In this document: in pieces, positions 14,189-26,988 of the stretch
Layout of the letters: every line of letters starts with the position of its first letter
How positions within the stretch are numbered: the first letter of the stretch is position 1
Assembly (NCBI RefSeq): GCF_004010195.1
Contig: NC_057753.1
Location: 8,279,309-8,343,308 of the forward strand
Origin: Chiloscyllium plagiosum
Lineage: Eukaryota
Length of the DNA: 64,000 bases
Reading direction: 5' to 3'
Made by a program: the position numbers and the translations under genes
Notes under the pieces: model-generated
Told to the model about the DNA's origin: nothing
Seen by the model: only the letters and a program-made list of their open reading frames with translations
Databases searched by the model: none

Positions 14189-14589
14189 CTGTGATGGAGA
14201 GAAGAAACATGCAACGGTTAGAGATCATTTGCATCATTTGTCGAAAGCTGGAAAGTTATTCCTCTGACTGACAACAACATTATTGGTTTCAAGAGATTCT
14301 TCACAAGATGCATGTGCTTGGTATGTCATCAAGAGATGAAACCTATCCCATAAACCAATGACAAATTTAATTGTACAATTCCTAATATTAAAACAACATA
14401 TGCCATGAAAACAATCAGTTCTTCGAGGGTAAGAACTAAAACACCAAATTCTCCAAATATCAGCCGTGTCAATGGATTGCAAATCCACTGTATTGATTTT
14501 TTATCCTTTCTTAAATTAGGAGACTCGAGCTATAATCAATAAAATAGATATGGTCTGCTCAAAACCTTAACCTTATATGCTATTCCTCA

Positions 14590-16920
14590 TGCAATAAGTC
14601 AAAACGGGTTTAAAAATGGCTGATGGAGTTGTATCTGATAAATGTGAGGTATTGCATTTGGATACAACTAACAACGGTAAAGCTTATATAATTAATGTTC
14701 GGGCTTTCGGTACTGGAACAGAGGGATCGTGGGGTGCAGGTACAGAATACTTTGAAGTTTGTGTCACATATAGACAAAATGGTTGAAAATGCATTTGGCA
14801 CACTACCTTCATTACACATTCCTTTAGGTTTAGGAATTGGGAAGTTATGCGGAGCTTGTAAGGACATTAGAACATAGAACATAGAAGAATACAGCGCAGT
14901 ACAGGCCCTTTGGCCCTCGATGTTGCGCCGATCCAAGCCCACCTAACCTATACTAACCCACTACCCTCCATATACCTATCCAATGCCCGCTTAAATGCCC
15001 ATAAAGAGGGAGAGTCCACCACTGCTACTGGCAGGGCATTCCATGAACTTACGACTCGCTGAGTGAAGAACCTACCCCAACTTCAGTCCTATATCTACCC
15101 CCCCCACCTTAATTTATAGCTATGCCCTCTTGTAATACCCGACTCCATACGCGGGAAAAGGTTCACACTGTCAACCCTATCTAACCCCCTAATCATCTTG
15201 TACACCTCAATCAAGTCACCCCTAAAACTTCTTTTCTCTAATGAAAACAGCCCCAAGTGTCTCAATCTTTCCTCATACGATCTTCCTTCCATACCAGGCA
15301 ACATCCTGGTAAACCTCCTCTGCACCCGTTCCAGTGCCTCCACATCCTTCCTATAGTATGGCAACCAAAACTGCACACAATATTCCAGATGCGGCCGCAC
15401 CAGAGTCTTATACAACTGCATCATGACCTCAGGACTCCGGAACTCAATTCCTCTACCAATAAAAGCCAGTACGCCATATGCCTTCCTCACCGCACTATTT
15501 ACCTGGGTGGCAACTTTCAGAAATCTGTGTACATGGACACCAAGATCCCTCTGCTCATCCACACTACCAAGTATCCGACCATTAGCCCAGTACCCCATCT
15601 TTTTGTTATTCTTCCCAAAGTGAATCAACTCACACTTAGCTACATTGAATTCCATTTGCCACCTTTCATTATTGGGATTGTATTATAGACCCCCAATAGT
15701 CAGAGGGAAATTGAGAAACAAACTTGTAAGGAGATCTCAGCTATCTGTAAGAATAATAGGGTAGTTATGGTAGGGGATTTTAATTTTCCAAACATCGACT
15801 GGGACTGCTATAGTGTTAAAGGTTTAAATGGAGAGGAATATCTTAAGTGTGTACAAGACAATTTTCTGATTCAGTATGTGGATGTACCGACTAGAGAAAG
15901 TGCAAATCTTGACCTACTCTTGGGAACTCTGACAATGCTGCTCTCCCTCCACACTGACCTTCTCACAATGCTGCACTCCCTCCACACTGACCCTCTTACA
16001 TTGCTGCATTCCCTCCATACTGACCCTCTGACAATGCTGCTCTCCCTCCACACTGACCCTCTGACAATGATGCACTCCCTCCACACTGTCCCTCTGATGA
16101 TGCTGCACTCCTTCCATACTGATCCTCTGATAGCGATCCTCAAAGCCATCCATTCTACTTATTTGTGACTCAGTATTCTCATCTACAATAATGCCCTGTT
16201 CCTGAGTAAATACTGAAGAAAAGTATTCATTCAGTGTCTCCCCAATCTCTTCCGGGGTCACACGCAACTTCCCACTACTATCCTTGAGTGGACCTATTCC
16301 TACCCTAGTCATTCTTTTATTCCTGACATACCTATAGAAAGCCTTAGGGTTTTCCCTAATCCTACCGACTAAGGACCTTTCATGTCCCCTCCTTGCTGCA
16401 ATTAGCTCTTAATGAGACCTGTCCTAGAATATTGTGACCAGTTGTAGTCACCTAGTTACAGCAACGATATTATCAAACTGGCGAGGGCTCAGAAGATATT
16501 TACCAGGATGTCGCCGGCAATGGAAGGTTTGAGGAAGAAAGAAATGCTGGAGAGGCTTCAACATTTTTCCCTGGAATGTAGAAGGTTGAGAGACGACCTT
16601 ATAGAAACATTTAAAACTATAAGAGTTATAGATAGAGATAATGGTGGTTGCCGTTTCCCTGAGAAGGGGATTTCCAGACAAGGGGACACAGTTTTAAACG
16701 AGCCAGACATATTTAAAAAGACATTGGACCATTTTAGTTTTCCACTGAGGGCAGTTGCATGCGGAATGAACATCTTGAAGAAATGATGAATGTGGGTACA
16801 ATGACAACGTTTGAATGGCATTTGGAAAAGTACATGAACAGGAAATATTTGAAGGGGTGTGGGCCAGAATATGGCAGGAGGGTCTAGTTTAATTTAGGAT
16901 TATGTTTGGCATCGACTGGT
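14590..16920. mobile_element. Nested CR1 cluster in the gene A intron: older + strand CR1 (14590-14868, 16410-16920) split by a composite insertion (14869-16409)
   Basis: Young minus 3' part with open ORF 15095-15655 and AGAACAT tail; + strand EN fragment 15664-15926; minisatellite; minus ORF2 piece 16131-16409. Confidence 0.8.
15927..16130. repeat. 33-bp minisatellite, ~6 copies
   Basis: Unit CTCTGACAATGCTGCTCTCCCTCCACACTGACC repeated with variants (reads as LTMLLSLHTDP repeats in the ORF track). Confidence 0.92.
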
Positions 16921-17099
16921 TGAAGCAATATTTCGTTTCCCTCAATTGTCCTCAAGCACAATCTGTAAAATCGTGGTCTGGTATATACCTCACTCAACTC
17001 TGTCTCATAAGAAAGGCTATAAATCCTGTTTCAATGGATTGTGCAGGAGGGCATGCCAGGAGCAAAAGCAGCATGACTAAAAATGAAGTGTCAACACAA

Positions 17100-18600
17100 T
17101 GAAGTGACCAAACAGTTCTCTTTCCGTGGCAAACTGCATTAGCAGCAAGCCATAGACAGAAATAAGCAATGCTTCAATCCAAGGAACAGATCTAACCTCT
17201 GCATTCTTATCATAGCATGTTGCGATTATAATCAAACCATTAAACAACTCACTAGTAGACGAGGCTCCATAAATATCCGATTCCTTAGTGATCGAAAAAT
17301 CTAATGCATTAGTGCAAAAAATATGACTCAAGCATTCGGACCAATCTTGAGCCACAAGTGTTGGCTTATGTCAGAATCCTCCATAGACGGCCACCATTGC
17401 AGATACCAGTCTTCAGCCATTTCGGTTCACTCCACATGAAATCAAGGAACGGTTAGAGGCACTAGATATTGCAAAGTTAATGAACCCTGAAAACATCCCA
17501 GCATTGGTGCTGAAGACTTCTTCTCCAAAACTGTCACACCTGCTAACTAAACGCTTCCACTGAAGGTTCAACACTGACATCTATCCCCAATAATGCACAC
17601 AATTGCCAAGGTACATCCTGTACAGAACATACATGACAAATACAACCTGCCCATCAGTGTTCTCTCTTCAATGTCTCTTTAATTGATGGGAGTTGTCATC
17701 AACATTGCGATCGAGCAGGTTACTGACATTTAATTTGGTTCTGCCAGGGCCACGTGGCTCCTGACCTCACTACAGCCTTTGTTCAAACATGGACATAAGA
17801 GGTGAACTCCAGAGGTGTGCTGCAGTTGAACAGCTCTTGTCAGCAAGTCCAAATTGGCCCAGTGTGGCATCAAGGAGCCTCAGCAAAAATAGATTTCATG
17901 AGTACCAGGGGACCGACTCTTTGCTGTTGCAGTAATACCTGGCAGATAGGAGGTTGCTTGCCGTTGTCGGAGGTCAGTCATTTCAACTCCTGGACATCTC
18001 TGCAGGAGTTTAGCAGGGTGTGGTCTCGGCCCAACTAACTTCAGCTGCTTCATCAATGACCTGCATCTGAAGTGGGGGTAATTGCCAATAATGGCACAAT
18101 GTTCAACACCATTCCTAACTACTCAGATACTGAGAGCTCATGTCCAAATAAAACAAGATTTGGACAATATCCAACCTTGGACTCACTAGTGGCAAGTTAT
18201 ATTCGTTCTGTAGAGACACCAAGTAATAAACATCTCCAATCGAAGATAATTTAACTACCGCCTATTACCATTCAATAATGTTACCCTCACTAAAACTCCC
18301 ACTGTCAACATCTTGAGGATTACATTGACCAAAATACCCAACTTGAATCGTCACATAAATATAGTGGCTACTGGACAAAGACTTGCAATACTGCAGTGAC
18401 TAAATCCGTTGCGAACATCTCAAAGTCTGTAAGCCGTCTACAAAACACAAAGCATGAGTCTGATGTAATACATTTACCTGCATGGGTACAACTTAGGAAA
18501 CACTCAAGATGTTTGACACCAAGGAAGACAGGGCAGTCAGTTGTTTGGCAACACACCCAAGAACATCCACTCCCTGTGTCACTGATGTTCAGGAGCAGCA
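17100..18600 (+). mobile_element. Old LINE of a second CR1/L2-group family, degenerate RT
   Basis: PENIPALVLKT, FGSARA..PDLTTAFVQTW, FSCFINDL-type remnants in shifting frames. Confidence 0.65.
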
Positions 18601-20158
18601 GTTTAAAAGACAGTTTGTCAGATACGTTAGTAGGAAAGGTTTAGATGAATATGGTCCAAAAGTAGGCAAATGAGACGAGTTTAGTTTGGGAAAATCGTTT
18701 TGCCTGGATGAGTTAGACTGAAGTGTCTCTCTCAGTGGTATACGTTTTGAGGACTCCATGATCCGATAAGGCCCTTGTATGGCATCATATCAAATCCATT
18801 TTGAAAATCTATCTTTACCACATCATCAGACTTACCAACATCAACTCTCTGTTAACTGCTCTCCCGGCTCCAGAAGATGTGTTGATAAGATGTCTTTAAA
18901 TATCCATGCAACCTCTTCCAAATCGACACAAAATACTACACGTAACTCGGCGCTATATTCTCAATTTCTCGAAGTTTGCCCAGCACCAACGTCGAACTGA
19001 ATTCTCTGCAATTGTTGTGAATATTGTTACAACTTTGTTTCAATAGGTCACTTGTTCAGTTCACTGTCACCACAATCGAAAGGACGAAGATTCAAAACTT
19101 ATTTCCAGTGCGGCAGCAATTTTCACTCACATTTCCGACATTTCCATGTCACTCTGGTTTCCTGTAGAAAACACATGGTCTCTCCTTGTTCTGAATTAGT
19201 CACAACGACTGATAGATTGTGCGATTATTCATTCTTCGAAAACTTTCAACCATCTTGATCGAAAACGTTCTCAAGCAGTGACGAAGGAACAAAATATCGA
19301 TGATTCTCGAAGCAAGCTTTGATCAGAACAAAACGGCTTTTCACTACCTTTTCGTCACTGGAAGCGTCGGATTGTATCTGACCCCTTTCAACTGATACAA
19401 ATTCAGATCTCATTTGGGAAAAGTCTTGCCTACCAAACTTACGGCTTTCGTGCATTGGTAGGGTATATAATCGTCATTGACTTTTCATCGATATGTCAAG
19501 TCAGAACATTATACCTGTCGCAGAGATATTCTCCAACAGTGGGTCTCAAAAACATGGATATAAACGTGAAATTGGGGGAAAAATTGCACAATACTGATCG
19601 ATGATAAAAGTGGGACAAGTATCTGAAATTGATCATCGCTAATGTAAAGCCACCAGTAGCGGCACCTAATTGGAGAAGGGGACCTAAGGTTAACAAAGAA
19701 GGCTGCAGGCTGAAGGCAAAACACATGAGGCTCATCAATTCAGCACCAACGTCCAACATTTACCACGTACAATTCAATAATTCAATTTAATAATCCATTT
19801 CTTCAATACTTATCCCGTTCATTCTCGGCTCTGAAAGTAATTTATTCAATGACATTCATCGGAAGTTATTCAAACTTTTCATCCTTTGACCAAAGTGAGA
19901 TTTTATGCTATTTTATGAGTCATTTTTAAGTGCCAATGAAAGACTCTGTCAACTGATGCCTTGTGATAAATTTTCATTGTTTGCAGATAGCGACAATGGG
20001 AATAAGATGACAATTCATTCACAGTAATAATTTACTTTATTTCATGGGTGAAAGTGTCGCTTTAATCGAAGAAAGTATATCTGTAACACAGAGGTAGGCA
20101 AAAAGTAGAGAAGTAGAGCAAATAATCAATGAGTCAGGCAATGATAGATAATGATTAC

Positions 20159-20228
20159 CTGGAATCCCGATACCTGCAAGGACCGGATAGTAAATGGAAA
20201 ACAGCAGACCTTTTGGTGATGCATGCAT
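20159..20228 (-). CDS. GPR139-like gene A, exon 1 (MHASPKGLLFSIYYPVLAGIGIP)
   Basis: ATG at 20228; 70 bp; donor CCAG|GTAATC at 20158; phase 1 matches exon 2; homologous to exon 1 of B and C. Confidence 0.9.
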
Positions 20229-20276
20229 TTCTATCAGAAGCTTTCTGCTCTTTGCACTTTACAATACAATTTACTT

Positions 20277-20306
20277 TATTTAAACACGATGTCTGGCTCT
20301 AGGGAA
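20277..20306 (-). promoter_or_regulatory. Putative core promoter of gene A: O/E(EBF)-like TTCCCTAGAG followed by TATA-like TTTAAATAA
   Basis: TCCCTAGAG at 20305-20297, 69-77 bp upstream of the ATG; equivalent motif in B and C. Confidence 0.45.
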
Positions 20307-20949
20307 ATCATTTTGATTTGCTTTTGCATTAAACATGTTTATTGTAACCAACAGCTTAGTGTTGCTGCACCTCATCAGCTGATAATGTTTTGATAGACTA
20401 AGATTGTTTTTCATTACGCAAATGTGAAATGACCAGAATTTTCCAAGCCGCATTATTTTATTATTAATAATTGCATTTGCAGCTAGGTCAGCATTGTTGT
20501 ACATGTCTTATTCAAGAGCACTGATTCGGGTCTAGAGTCATATTTGCAAAACCATGTCAGTAAGTTCCTTGTGTAAAAGGAGATAAAGAACCAGTTCAAC
20601 TTTTATAACAAGTCGGGTTCAATTCCCCACTGTTCAAATTTCCGCAGGTACCGTGGTAGCATTCAAATGCCTGCCCCAGAATACTAGACTAGGTTTCTAG
20701 CCCCGTGGCGATGCATAACCTGCCTTGTTCCCATTATTCGCTATTTTAGTCTGGGTGTTGAGTTCAGACCCGAAGCAGTGGGATTATCTCCTTGCAGCAC
20801 TGGGAAGTGTAAGCTTGCCTTCTCTTTTTTTCTGTAACTTGGATTTCAAATATACATTGCTGAACACCGCACCTGGTTTGGAATGACCATGACATCAGTG
20901 CCAATGCTCTTTTCTGCTTCATGGACGCTATGGTTCATACTGCTGCCCT

Positions 20950-22590
20950 CCCAGCTGATACAAAGAGTCAATCTGAAACAATGTTAATGCCATTTCTCAA
21001 AGGTGTTGAGCTGATGTCTATGCATTGTCAAACATTTGGAGCCATATGAAAATTGGAAGAACAACTGCCTGATATACAAGAATCTTGATATGAACACGGA
21101 TGTCACGTTCAACGAAGACTCTCAGCCTTAGGCATTTAAAGATGATGCTTACAGATTGCACACAATATTGAATCACTGCATTGATGTCAGCGTTAGATGT
21201 CAGGTTTATTCTCAGGTCAGGGAACTGTTCCACTTTTGGGTGGATTTATCCATTAATCTTCATGAAGACATGGACCTGAACATCTTCCGTGATGCATTGG
21301 CAAAGTATTCAAATCTTCGTGTGGGTGAGGCAGAGATTAATTCTTTGTTAAGCTTGTGTGAAGACCATAAGTGAAGCTTGAGTGTTCGCTTCCTGAGATG
21401 ATGTCGTCATCCACAGATAGAATTTCCATAGACGATGTCTATTGTTAGCTTTTTTGGATTTCAAACTGCTGTAGTCAAAACGTTTTCATCCTCTGGATAA
21501 TGACCAAACAGTGGAATGTTTGTACTTGACCAGGGAAAGAATTAAAGCGATAACGATTGAAAAAAGGGTGGGTGTTGATATATCCCTGTTTGACCTCAAA
21601 GGCATCTGCCGTTAACAGGCTGTGTCTCCATTTGTCATGGAGGAGACGGGGAATGCTGATGAGTTTCACTAGAGTGCCGACTTTTGACAATATCTTCCAT
21701 ACCTCATACCAGTTGACTGAGTCATATCCTTGTTCAGATCGATTAATGCCAGATAGAGTGGTTCGTGTTGTTCTTAGTATTTCTCTTGGAGTTGTCAAGC
21801 CGGGAAAATCTTGTCCATAGTTTCATGGTTTGGTGGACAGTAACAGTAATTCTCAGGAATAGTTTCCTCAGAAACTGGGAGAAGAAAGAACTTGCGACAT
21901 TTCAAAAGGTGAAGTTCCCAATGAAGGAGAGTACGGAGATTATGTGGTTGTTTTCCACAATCACGTTATCTTCTATCTTGAAGACGACGATAACATTCCT
22001 GAGATTAGTGGAGATTTCTTCTTTGTCTCAGATTTTAAGGAATTCTTAATGGGAATGATGATAATGCCCCGCTTCTTAAGGTTTGTAGATCTCAGTTGGA
22101 ATCTGGTGCACTCCTGCTGCCTTTCCATTCTTCATGGGGCTAATCGCAGCTTTATGTCTATTCCCTGGGCACAAGTCCAAGATTATGTTCGATGGAGATT
22201 CAGGGTTTTTGCTTCCCCTCGAACACGTCCTCAGTGGTGTAAGAGTTATGTGAAGTGCACTGTCCACCGGGAACTAAAATTTTCTTTGTGTCTCAGAAGG
22301 GTTCAATCCTGACTCCACAACTGTTGGAGTTCAAGCATCTTGCTTCCATATATTTCACTTATAGTGTCGTAAAAAGCTGATGATCTGTGTTTTTAGCAAG
22401 AATTTGAAGCTCCTTCGCTTTCTGAGTCCAATATTGACACATGATTATTCTAGTTCTTCTTGTAACTGCACCTTTGCTGTTGGTGAGTTCTCCTCTTTGC
22501 CTCACGGATGTTGTTGATTTGCCAGGCACTGAGAGCTTTCCTCTTATGATGAGGTCCATGTTGATGTAATCATTCTGGTCGAACCCGTCT
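20950..22590 (-). mobile_element. RTE-clade LINE, degenerate RT
   Basis: MKNGKAAGVHQIPTEIYK, YDSVN..VWKILSKVG..LISIPRLLH, FEVKQG, RLRVFVERDI..KILVYQAVVLP. Confidence 0.8.
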
Positions 22591-22594
22591 TAGG

Positions 22595-22700
22595 GTTTCC
22601 CAAGGAAGGGTCACTTGACCCGAAACGTTAATTCCGAATTATCTTCACTGATGCTGCCAAACCTGTTTACGCTTTCCATCACCTTCTGTTTTTGTTTAGC
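22595..22700 (+). mobile_element. Penelope pLTR remnant with decayed hammerhead core
   Basis: ..GGAAGGGTCACTTGACCCGAAACGTTAA..GATGCTGCCAAACCTG; same layout as the arm at 54647-54738. Confidence 0.6.
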
Positions 22701-22729
22701 ATTTCGTGGTCTGGTACCTGGTACCTTAC

Positions 22730-24685
22730 AGAACATAATATATTACAGCACAGTACAGGCCCTTCAGCCCGCGATGTTGTGACGACCTGTGCAACCAATT
22801 TGAAGCCCGTCTATCCTTCTGTATTCCATTTTATCCATATATTTATCCGATGACCATTAAAATGCCCCTAAAGATGGCGAGTCTACGACTGTTGCATGCA
22901 GTGCGTCCAACAGCCCCGACTACTCTCTGAGTAAAGAAATTATCTCAGACATCTGTTATATATCTATTAATCCTCACTTTAAAGCTATGTCCCTCGTGCT
23001 AACCGTCGCCAACCGAGGAAAATGGCTCTCACTGTCCACACTATTTAACACTCTGATGATCTTGCATGCCTTTATTAAATCTCCTCTTAAATTTCTCTCT
23101 AACGGAAACAGCCTCAGGTCCCTCAGCTTTCCCTCCATACCAGGCAACATTCTCCTAAATCTCCTCTGAACCCTTTCCAAAGTTTGCACATCCTTCCGAT
23201 AAGGCACTGAACAGAATTGTATGCAACACTCCAAGAGCGGCAGGGCTAGAATTTTGTACAGCTGCAGTATGACCTTGCGACTCCGAATCTCAATCCCTCT
23301 AACAATAAAAGTTAACACACTATATACTTGTTAACAACGGTATCAACATGGTGACAACTTTCAGGGATCTATGTACATAGTCACTGAGATCTCTCTTCTC
23401 ATCGACACTACCAAGAAACTTACCAGTAGCCCAGTACTCTTTATTCCTGTCGCTCTTGACAAAGTGAATCACCTCACACTTTTCCACATTAAACTCTATT
23501 TGCCATTCTCAGCCCAGCTCTGCCGTTTATCTATGTCCCTCTGTAACCTACAACATCCTTCAGCACAGTCCACAACTTCATCGACCTTAGTGTCATCCGC
23601 AAATTTACTAACACATCCTTCTACACCCTCATCTAGGTCATTTATAAAAACAGCAGTGGCCTAAAACAGATCCTTGCGGTATACCACTTGGAACTGAACT
23701 CCAGGATGAACATTTCCCACCAAGCACCACCCTCTACCTTCTTTCAGCTAACCCATTTCCGCTCTAAACCGCTAAATTACGCTCAATCCCATGCCTCCGT
23801 ATTTTGTGCAATAGCCTACCGTGGGGCGCCTTATCAAATGCCTTACTGAAATCCATAAATATCACATCAACCTCTTTACTCTCATCCACCTGTTTGGTCA
23901 CCATCTCAAAGACCTCAAAGAGGTTTGTGAGACATGACTAACCTTCACAAAATCGTGTTGACTATCGCTAATCAACGTATTCCTCTCTCGATGATTATAA
24001 ATCCTATCTCTTATAACCACTTCCAAAACTTTATCCACAAGCGAAGTAAGTCTCACTGGTCTATAATTACCAGAGTTGTCTCTACTCCCCTTCTTGAACA
24101 AGAGAACCACATTTGCTATCATCCAGTCTTCTGGTACTGTTCCTGCAGGCAATGACGAGATAAAGATCAAAGCCAAAGTCTCTGTAATTGCCTCCCTGGC
24201 TTCCCAGAGAATCCTAGAATAAATCCCATCCAGACCAAGAACCTATCTATTTTCACACTTTCTAGAATTGCTAACACCTCCTCCTTGTGAACCTCAATCC
24301 CACCTAGTCTAGTAGCCGGTATTTCAGTATTCTCCTCGACAACAGTGTCATTTTCCAGTGTGAATACTGACGAAAAGTATTCATTTGGCGCTTCACCTAT
24401 CGCCTCAGACTTCACGCACAGCTTTCCACTACTGTCCTTGATTGGCCCCAATCTTTTGCTCGTCATTCTTTTATTCCTGCTATATCTCGGGAAAGCTTTA
24501 GTGTTTTCCTTGATCCTATCTGCCAACGTCTTCTCATGTCCCCTCCTGACTCTTCCTAGCTCCCTTTATAGATCTTTCCTGGCTAACTTGTAACTCTCAA
24601 GCGCCCTGACGAAGCCTTCATGCCTCATCCTAGCACAAGCCTTCTTCTTCCGCTTGAGAAGAAATTCAACTTCTTTAGTCAACAA
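22730..24685 (-). mobile_element. 5'-truncated CR1 LINE (RT + 3' UTR)
   Basis: PEDWMIANVVLLFKKGSRDNSGNYRPV, LERVQRRF, RGDLI motifs; AGAACAT tail at ~22730. Confidence 0.9.
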
Positions 24686-25466
24686 CAATCAACCACTTTC
24701 ACTATTCTACGGCAGACCTAGACAAAACCTCAAGAATGAAGAACTCTAATGAAGAGCTCAAACCACGTAATAGCAATCTCATGCGACGAATTGTTCATAA
24801 ACTACATGCCCAAGTGTTACTTCACAAAATAAACTATTTCACCGTTCATTGGGATAATGAAATTCAAGTGCTTGCGCACCACTATGAGAGTATTCCATAG
24901 ATCAGCTAATTGAACGTTGCCTTTCTCACTTCAGTGCCAGAGTGAATACATATATTACAGCCTGTCCCTTTACTGTGGTCTATTTCTTTATTATCAGACA
25001 GTTAGTTTAACACTTGGAATGTTTCATAGGGTTAAGGGCCCTAAATCATAATGGCACATATTGATGTGACGTATAGAGAAAGAGTCAAAACTGAAGATAG
25101 GTTGCACTGTTCTGAGACTCGCTTCCCCTCGCAGCAGCGCAGGATGTATTGTCCTCTGTCACAGTTTAATACAAACATAAATTTCTGTGTAGTTTAGGTT
25201 AGGCGGATTAGTCATGATAAATGCACGGATGCCGTGAATGATTCGTGAGATGAGGTACTAGGGTCTGGGTAGAGTACACTTTGGAGGATCTTTGCAGAAT
25301 CGATAAGCTGAATGTTCTCTACCTTCCCAGGAGTGGTTCTATGATTCTATGAAGACACCTGGTTCATGTCACTGAAGATCGAGCTGTAAGATATGATTTC
25401 ACACTCTCTCAGGGATATACGCCTCATTGAAATCTGCAGAGACAAATACATAGCTGCCTCCAACAA

Positions 25467-25577
25467 TAGAACATAGAACATAGAACATAGAAGAATACAG
25501 CGCAGTACAGGCCCTTCGGCCCTCGATGTTGCGCCGATCCAAGCCCACCTAACCTACACTAGCCCACTATCCTCCAA
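25467..25577 (-). mobile_element. Short young CR1 3' stub with (AGAACAT)3 tail
   Basis: Nearly identical to the 3' ends at 14869 and 12965. Confidence 0.85.
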
Positions 25578-25899
25578 TGGGGCGACAGATCTGAGAAAAG
25601 ATAGACGGACATCCAGAAAGATATGACATCATGAACATGATAATCATTGTCCCGTTTTTAAATGTGAATTTCCTGAATAGTTAGAAGAATGGAAGTGTAA
25701 TTTTGTTTAGATATGATTTCTTCCACGTTGTAGATAATATCTTCCAACAGCGCTAAGGAAAAATTAGAAACACTGAGAAAAAATGTCGGCAGACTTTCAT
25801 GGGAAAATGTTAATTGATTCAGAACAGTGAGCCATATCAGGTAGAATTCCATCATGATTCGTGATTTAAGGTACATCCCGATGAATTTATACCTCTCAT

Positions 25900-26250
25900 G
25901 TCGGGATCACAATTGAAAAGATTTTAACGAAGAAGACAAATCAAGGCATGAATAGGGTAGAAGTATCAAACATTTGGGGAATTGGTTTAAGGAGAGAGGG
26001 GTAGTGTAAAGGATCTCTGGGAGAAAAGTTGCTTTTCCATAGAAAATAGCAAGTATCAGGAAAGTGCTGCCCATTGTACAGGTAGATATGGTGGAAAACT
26101 TAAAAAGGCATTTCGGTATATTATCAACAGGTAGATTATAAAGGGATACGGACCGTGTGCAAACAGATCGGATTTGTGGAACATTATTACAGTCGGCACA
26201 GATATGGTGGATCAAAGGACCTGTCCCTGTGCTGTTTTGTTCATTGTTTT
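25900..26250 (+). mobile_element. Old CR1 3' fragment
   Basis: Degenerate RT end and 3' UTR (AAAGGACCTGTCCCTGTGCTG). Confidence 0.55.
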
Positions 26251-26607
26251 AAATGTGCTCAGCTCCATGTGAGTTAAATTAGTGCTATTCACTGAGTGCT
26301 CTCGGTGTCCTGTGGCAATGTTACTCGTGCTCTCTCACCTTAAACAAGTCCATACAATAAACAGCAGGGGAATTTACAGTCACGAATAAATGGTTTACAT
26401 TTTCACCATTACTCTGCATATATTCAAAAAAATAACTCGGGATGAGCAATACAATTATGAACCAGCACGCAACACCCATGTATGACAACATGAATGAAAA
26501 AGAAAATGATTTGCTCACCACAGGAATGAATGTGTTTAAAGTTTGTGCGAAGATTTGTAGCTCGGGTGCTCGTTGTTGTGGTTCTGTTCGCCGAGCTGCA
26601 AGTTTTT

Positions 26608-26650
26608 GTTGCAAACGTTTCGTCCCCTGGCTAGGCGACATCATCAGTGC
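26608..26650 (-). ncRNA. Minimal type I hammerhead ribozyme motif in a Penelope pLTR
   Basis: Minus strand GCA-CUGAUGA-U-GUC..GAC-GAAA-CG-UU-UGC: intact core, stem II and stem I GCA/UGC. Confidence 0.7.
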
Positions 26651-26742
26651 TTGGGAGCCTCCTGCGAAGCGCTTCTTTGATGTTTCCTCCGGTGTTTATA
26701 GTGGTCTGTCCCTGCCGCTTCCGGTTGTCAGTTTCAGCTGTC

Positions 26743-26988
26743 NNNNNNNNNNNNNNNNNNNNNNNNNNNNNNNNNNNNNNNNNNNNNNNNNNNNNNNNNN
26801 NNNNNNNNNNNNNNNNNNNNNNNNNNNNNNNNNNNNNNNNNNNNNNNNNNNNNNNNNNNNNNNNNNNNNNNNNNNNNNNNNNNNNNNNNNNNNNNNNNNN
26901 NNNNNNNNNNNNNNNNNNNNNNNNNNNNNNNNNNNNNNNNNNNNNNNNNNNNNNNNNNNNNNNNNNNNNNNNNNNNNNNNNNNNNNNN
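26743..26988. other. Assembly gap (246 N)
   Basis: Run of N. Confidence 1.

Noticed and set aside
14189..14237. ORF-track N-terminus MMQMISNRCMFLLSIT of gene A
   Set aside because: Intronic read-through of the acceptor region; it lacks the first half of TM1
15927..16130. 33-bp repeats as a CRISPR array or repeat-protein exon
   Set aside because: Head-to-tail units with no spacers, no cas genes, eukaryotic intronic context
18780..19780. Unassigned ~1-kb stretch with several short ORFs in the gene A intron
   Set aside because: No recognisable domain or splice structure; cannot support any call without a database search
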